From assembly GCA_045565315.1 (NCBI GenBank), contig JBJLFO010000001.1, forward strand, positions 663,732 to 727,731: a stretch of DNA of 64,000 nt. Reading direction: 5' to 3'. How positions within the stretch are numbered: the first letter of the stretch is position 1; each line of letters starts with the position of its first letter. The translations under genes were made by a program, and so were the position numbers. This DNA comes from Alphaproteobacteria bacterium. Its GTDB lineage: Bacteria > Pseudomonadota > Alphaproteobacteria > Rhizobiales > TMED25. Shown here one piece after another: positions 59,310 to 64,000 of this stretch. A model generated the notes under the pieces. That model was given only the letters and a program-made list of their open reading frames with translations, did not search any database and was not told the DNA's origin.

Positions 59310-61277
59310 CTAAATATTTTTTCTATTTATTATTAATTCTTCAACAACAGCTGGTTCCGCAAGTGTTGATGTATCTCCCAGGTCTGAATAATCATTTTCT
59401 GCTATTTTTCTCAGTATTCTTCTCATAATTTTACCAGATCTTGTTTTTGGCAATCCAGGCGTAAGTTGAATATAATCTGGGGTTGCTATCGGACCTATTA
59501 CTTCTCTTACAGTTTTAAGCAAATCTTGGACTACATCATCCTCATTAATTTTTATTCTAGATTTAAGTGTAACAAAAGCGTATATTCCCTGACCTTTTAT
59601 TGAATGAGGAAATCCAACAACTGCAGACTCAGAAACATTTTTATTTGAAACTAAAGCAGACTCAACTTCAGCAGTTCCCAGTCTATGACCTGAAACATTT
59701 ATTACATCATCAACTCTCCCTGTGATCCAGTAATAACCATCTTTATCTCTTTTGCATCCATCTCCTGTAAAGTACATCTCTTTGTATGTTGAGAAATAGG
59801 TATCTTCGAATCTCTTATGGTCTCCATAAACAGTCCTCATCTGACCGGGCCAAGAGTCAAGAATCACAAGATTACCAGAGCATTCACCATCTAATATTTT
59901 ACCGTTTGCATCGACAATTGATGGTTTTATTCCAAAAAAAGGTAAAGTTGCTGACCCAGGTTTTTGATCTATTGCACCCGGAAGTGGAGATATCATAATA
60001 CCTCCTGTTTCTGTTTGCCACCATGTATCCACGATAGGAGATTTTTTTTCACCCACAACATTATAATACCAATTCCATGCTTCAGGATTTATTGGTTCGC
60101 CTACCGTACCAAGAAGTTTAAGAGTATTTCGGCTTGATTTTTTTACGTATTCGTCACCAGATCCCATTAAAGCTCTTATAGCAGTAGGTGCTGTATAAAA
60201 TATATTGATTTTATATTTATCAATAATTTTCCAACATCTTGAAGCATCTGGATAGTTTGGAAGACCTTCATACATAACAACTGTGGCTGCATTGGATAGT
60301 GGACCATATACAATATAACTATGACCTGTTATCCATCCGACATCAGCTGCACACCAATAGATATCGTCTGGTTTATAATCGAATATATATTGGTGTGTTA
60401 TTGAAGCATAAACAAGGTATCCTCCCGATGTATGCAATACACCTTTCGGTTTACCAGTTGAGCCTGAGGTATATAAAATAAATAAAGAATCCTCTGCATT
60501 CATTTCTTCGGGTTGACATATTTCATCAACTGATACAGTTTCTTCATGGTACCAAAAGTCAATTTTATTATTCCAGGAAACTTCATTTCGCGTATGTTGG
60601 ATTACTAAATTACTTTCAACTTTTGTACCCAATTTTCTTGCTATATCTATTGCTCTATCTACATTCGTTTTGAGTGGTATTATTTTCCCGCCTCGGACAC
60701 CTTCATCTGCAGTTATTATAATTTTTGATTTACAGTCATGGATTCTGCCTGCGAGTGCTTCTGGAGAAAAACCACCAAAAACTACAGAATGTATTGCGCC
60801 AATTCTTGCACATGCAAGCATGGCAAATGTAGCTTCAGGTATCATGGGCATATAAATTGTGACCCTGTCCCCTTTTTTTACATTAAGTTTTTTTAATATA
60901 TTTGCAAATTTACAAACATGTTTATAGAGGTCTTTGTAGGTATATGTTCTTGTTTCCTCTCCGTCATCACTTTCCCATATTATTGCTTTTTTATTTGAAT
61001 TTTTTTCTAAATGCCTATCAATACAATTTGCTGAAACATTAAGGGTGCCGTCTTCAAACCAGCGAATATTAATATTATCTTTTTTATAGGAAGTGTTTTT
61101 TATTATTGTATAAGGCTTGATCCAATCAATTCTTTTACCTTCTGCTGCCCAAAATTTCTCTGGAGATGCCAGGCTTGCATCATATAGTTTCTGATATTTA
61201 TCCAAATTTATATATGCATTTTCAGACCACTCAGAGTTTACTTTATTTCCAGCAAAATTACTCATATTATTTTCCAA
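59310..61277 (-). CDS. acs: Acetyl-CoA synthetase
   Basis: AMP-binding motif [11 protein letters not shown]. About 650 aa. C-terminal [11 protein letters not shown] with the regulatory Lys. Confidence 0.97.
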   Translation of the reverse strand: MENNMSNFAGNKVNSEWSENAYINLDKYQKLYDASLASPEKFWAAEGKRIDWIKPYTIIKNTSYKKDNINIRWFEDGTLNVSANCIDRHLEKNSNKKAIIWESDDGEETRTYTYKDLYKHVCKFANILKKLNVKKGDRVTIYMPMIPEATFAMLACARIGAIHSVVFGGFSPEALAGRIHDCKSKIIITADEGVRGGKIIPLKTNVDRAIDIARKLGTKVESNLVIQHTRNEVSWNNKIDFWYHEETVSVDEICQPEEMNAEDSLFILYTSGSTGKPKGVLHTSGGYLVYASITHQYIFDYKPDDIYWCAADVGWITGHSYIVYGPLSNAATVVMYEGLPNYPDASRCWKIIDKYKINIFYTAPTAIRALMGSGDEYVKKSSRNTLKLLGTVGEPINPEAWNWYYNVVGEKKSPIVDTWWQTETGGIMISPLPGAIDQKPGSATLPFFGIKPSIVDANGKILDGECSGNLVILDSWPGQMRTVYGDHKRFEDTYFSTYKEMYFTGDGCKRDKDGYYWITGRVDDVINVSGHRLGTAEVESALVSNKNVSESAVVGFPHSIKGQGIYAFVTLKSRIKINEDDVVQDLLKTVREVIGPIATPDYIQLTPGLPKTRSGKIMRRILRKIAENDYSDLGDTSTLAEPAVVEELIINRKNI

Positions 61278-61287
61278 TATAAATCAA

Positions 61288-62268
61288 TTATAGGGACTCT
61301 TTTTTTAATGGCCTATTTAGTAACAAATTTATCACATCATTAACTGAGTGCCTATTGTATATTATATTATATACACCTTCAATTATTGGTAATGATAAGT
61401 TCAGTTCTTTTGCCATATGATATACGGCTTTAGTTGTATAAATACCTTCAGTTAGATTTTCTACTTTATTTTCAAACTGATTGGATGAACCAATTTGAAA
61501 ACCCAATTGTGTATTTCTAGATTTCATATTTGTTGCAGTTAGGACTAAGTCACCAAGACCTGAAAGACCAAGAAAAGTATCTTTATTTGCCCCAAGGGCA
61601 ACACCAAAAGTTATAATCTCATTTATACCTCTACTTACCAATGAGGCAACTGCACCGTCACCTAATTTTTTACCCATTGCAACACCGGTGGCAATAGCAA
61701 TTATATTTTTTAGTGCACCACCAACTTGAACGCCTATTAAATCACTATTGTAATAAGGACGAAAATTATTGTTTGCCATAATATGTCCAACACGCTCAAG
61801 GAGTTCGTTCGATTTACCAGCAAGTGTAAGAGCAGTCGGGAGATTATTAGCAATATCAATAGCAAATCCTGGACCTGAGAGTATCAAGGTGGGACAATTA
61901 GGTAGATTAATTTTATTGATTTGCTCTAATAGCAAATTATTTTTTGTATCTATACCTTTAGAGGCGATCACTAATGGAATTTTTAAATTATTAATTTCTT
62001 TTATCTCTCTTGTTATTCCATCAAAAGATTGAGTTGGTGAAGCATATATTAAAATATCACTTCCAATTAGCTCTCTAAGATTACTAACAAAATTAATTTC
62101 TTTTGGAATATTAATTTCTTTGAGTGAGGATGTTTTTCTATTTTTATTTAATAGACTTGCTTTATCTTTGTCGTAGTGCCATATGCATATATCGTGGCCA
62201 TTTTTATTAGCGTTCATTCCAAGCGCTATTCCCCATGCACCTGCACCCAATATCCCAATTTTACTCAT
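61288..62268 (-). CDS. gpsA: NAD(P)H-dependent glycerol-3-phosphate dehydrogenase
   Basis: Rossmann motif ILGAGAWGIALG and GALKNIIAIATG. Confidence 0.93.
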   Translation of the reverse strand: MSKIGILGAGAWGIALGMNANKNGHDICIWHYDKDKASLLNKNRKTSSLKEINIPKEINFVSNLRELIGSDILIYASPTQSFDGITREIKEINNLKIPLVIASKGIDTKNNLLLEQINKINLPNCPTLILSGPGFAIDIANNLPTALTLAGKSNELLERVGHIMANNNFRPYYNSDLIGVQVGGALKNIIAIATGVAMGKKLGDGAVASLVSRGINEIITFGVALGANKDTFLGLSGLGDLVLTATNMKSRNTQLGFQIGSSNQFENKVENLTEGIYTTKAVYHMAKELNLSLPIIEGVYNIIYNRHSVNDVINLLLNRPLKKESL

Positions 62269-63338
62269 ACTTTTATATCCACTTCAGACTTAACATCATT
62301 CTGTATATCAAGAGGCCATCTTGGTTTTATAACTATTGGAGTAGATTTAATTTCTTTTCGTAACCTCTCAATACCAGACCAAGCAATCATAGCTGCATTA
62401 TCTGTACAGAGATGTTGAGGGGCCACTGAGATATTAAATTTTTCGCCTTCACTTACTTTTTTTATTGAAGAAAATATCTTTTTATTAGCAGCAACTCCAC
62501 CTGCTAAAACAACACTTGGATTTTGAATATCATATTTATTTTTAAACAATCTTATCGCCAGAGATAGTTTGCTTAATATAACATCAATTACGGAGTCCTG
62601 AAACTCAGCACATATATTATAAGCCATCTGATTATCTAGGGGTTTTGATTTGTTAATTTCTCTTCTGACAGCAGTTTTAAGACCCGAAAAGGAAAAATTT
62701 AGGTCACCTGAGTTTATCAGTGGTCTTGGAAACTTAATATTGTTTAAATTAGATTTCTGAGCCATCCTTTCAACAACCGGACCACCAGGGTACCCGTGGT
62801 TTAGCGATTTAGATACTTTATCATAAGCTTCACCTAGTGCATCATCTATTGTTGTACCCAATCTTTCATAATCATCAACATTTTTAACAATCAGGAGTTG
62901 GGTATGCCCACCAGTAACAAGTAATAACAAATATGGAAACAAAATATTTTTTACCATTCGTATTGTAAGCGCGTGTCCTTCAAGGTGATTAATACCTAAT
63001 ATAGGTATTTTTAATACACTAGCCATAGCTTTTGCAAAAGTTACACCAACAATTAAACCACCTTTCAAACCTGGTCCAGAAGTTACTGCGATAGCATCTA
63101 AATCTTTCAGATTAATCCCTGATTCCGTAATAGATTTCTCAACTACTTTATCAATATTTTGTATATGCGATCTTGCTGCAATCTCTGGAACAACTCCGCC
63201 ATAATCTGTGTGCTCAGAGATCTGCGAATGAACTATATTTGATAGAATCTCGCATTGTCCATTTTTACCTTCTTTAACAATCGACGCTGAAGTCTCATCA
63301 CAGCTCGTTTCAATTCCAAGGATAATCATTTTTTTCAT
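62265..63338 (-). CDS. tsaD: tRNA N6-adenosine threonylcarbamoyltransferase TsaD
   Basis: ILGIETSCDETS N-terminus and the metal-binding HLEGH motif. Confidence 0.95.
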   Translation of the reverse strand: MKKMIILGIETSCDETSASIVKEGKNGQCEILSNIVHSQISEHTDYGGVVPEIAARSHIQNIDKVVEKSITESGINLKDLDAIAVTSGPGLKGGLIVGVTFAKAMASVLKIPILGINHLEGHALTIRMVKNILFPYLLLLVTGGHTQLLIVKNVDDYERLGTTIDDALGEAYDKVSKSLNHGYPGGPVVERMAQKSNLNNIKFPRPLINSGDLNFSFSGLKTAVRREINKSKPLDNQMAYNICAEFQDSVIDVILSKLSLAIRLFKNKYDIQNPSVVLAGGVAANKKIFSSIKKVSEGEKFNISVAPQHLCTDNAAMIAWSGIERLRKEIKSTPIVIKPRWPLDIQNDVKSEVDIKV

Positions 63339-63434
63339 TTGCTATTAAATTAGATTTGTTCTAAACCATGTATGATATAAATAATATCATTAATAACATT
63401 ATTTATATAATATTTTATCAAATTTGAAGTTTTC

Positions 63435-64000
63435 ATGCCCAAATCCGATTCCAATAAGAGTATAAGAATAGGTACAAGAGCAACTAAGTTAGCAATTAGA
63501 CAAGCTGAGATACTGTCACAAGAAATCATTAATAAAAAAATTGCCAAAATTGATAATATTGAAATTATCCCAATCAAATCCTCTGGTGATTATGTTTCCG
63601 CTTCCATTGGGCCATATGATGGTAAGCTTTTATTCACTAAAGAAATAGATCAAGCCCTCATAGATGAAAGGATTGATATTGCAGCTCACTCTGTGAAAGA
63701 TCTTGAAAGTAATTTAGCGGCGGAGCTTGAACTATATGGGGTTTTAGAACGTGAAGATCCAAGAGATGCTCTAATTACAACGGATAAATTCGATAATATT
63801 GATGACTTACCAAGAAATTGTCTCATTGGTTCAGCTTCACCAAGAAGAGAGGCAATTATTAGATCAATAAGAGAAGATGTGAGGGTAATAGAGTATCGAG
63901 GAAATTTCGAAACTCGGATTAAGAAGTTAATTGGCAAGGAAGTTGATGCAACATTTTTGGCAATGGCAGGAATTAAGAGATTAAATTATAAAGGTTGTTA
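63435..64000 (+). CDS. hemC: Porphobilinogen deaminase (hydroxymethylbilane synthase), N-terminal part; continues past the window
   Basis: My own translation gives MPKSDSNKSIRIGTRATKLAIRQAE...AAHSVKDLES...RGNFETRIKKL, which contains HemC signatures. The minus-strand track ORFs at 63350-63577 and 63686-63937 are its antisense shadows. Confidence 0.9.
   Translation, partial: MPKSDSNKSIRIGTRATKLAIRQAEILSQEIINKKIAKIDNIEIIPIKSSGDYVSASIGPYDGKLLFTKEIDQALIDERIDIAAHSVKDLESNLAAELELYGVLEREDPRDALITTDKFDNIDDLPRNCLIGSASPRREAIIRSIREDVRVIEYRGNFETRIKKLIGKEVDATFLAMAGIKRLNYKGC

Noticed and set aside
63350-63937. Two minus-strand ORFs (63350-63577 and 63686-63937)
   Set aside because: The plus strand here encodes an obvious hemC N-terminus (IGTRATKLA, AHSVKD, RGNFETR) that runs off the window and so was not listed. 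The minus-strand ORFs are shadows.
1-64000. Search for CRISPR arrays, IS elements or transposases, integrases, prophage genes, toxin-antitoxin pairs and known defence-system domains
   Set aside because: I found no direct-repeat/spacer arrays, terminal inverted repeats or such protein motifs. Every ORF of 100 aa or more that is not an antisense shadow has a housekeeping or conserved-neighbourhood explanation.

Overview
This is an AT-rich, very tightly packed chromosome segment. Many genes abut or overlap, and most intergenic gaps are under 150 bp. The gene order is the classic alphaproteobacterial origin-proximal neighbourhood. In order it holds: ubiE/mutM, rpsT, rhodanese-dnaA-dnaN, dnaK-dnaJ-dapB-gpmA, the hisB-hisH-hisA-hisF-hisE-coaA operon, hslVU, smr-mltA-Tim44-like/secB, and dnaQ-coaE-maf-PDRP. 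A probable oriC follows, then hemE-hemG-rho, mnmE-mnmG-rsmG-parA-parB, holA-lptE-leuS, two tandem porin paralogues, yggS, xthA, lolA-ftsK, glnK-amtB, a Trx/LON-N/Trm112 cluster, tRNA-Gly(GCC), an orphan hydantoinase, purH, rsmB, and acs-gpsA-tsaD diverging from hemC. I found no rRNA, CRISPR array, transposase, integrase, phage gene or recognisable defence or toxin-antitoxin gene. I also see no convincing evidence for a novel multi-gene system; this is essentially core housekeeping DNA. The observations worth following up are regulatory and architectural. (1) A hemE-adjacent origin candidate carries a phased DnaA-box array. (2) A perfect 16-bp parS lies inside rsmG. (3) A textbook sigma-54 promoter with an upstream dyad precedes glnK-amtB. 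(4) An alpha-type sigma-32 promoter precedes dnaKJ. (5) A 486-bp non-coding spacer with a promoter-overlapping inverted repeat lies upstream of a rhodanese gene that overlaps the dnaA start. (6) Two divergent tandem porin paralogues have conserved cysteines, a structured leader and double terminators. (7) A gamma-type HemG sits next to hemE. (8) The MltA homologue has no export signal. (9) A 59-codon Trm112-family gene is missing from the supplied ORF track. All functional calls rest on motifs I recognised by eye in the translations. No database search was run.
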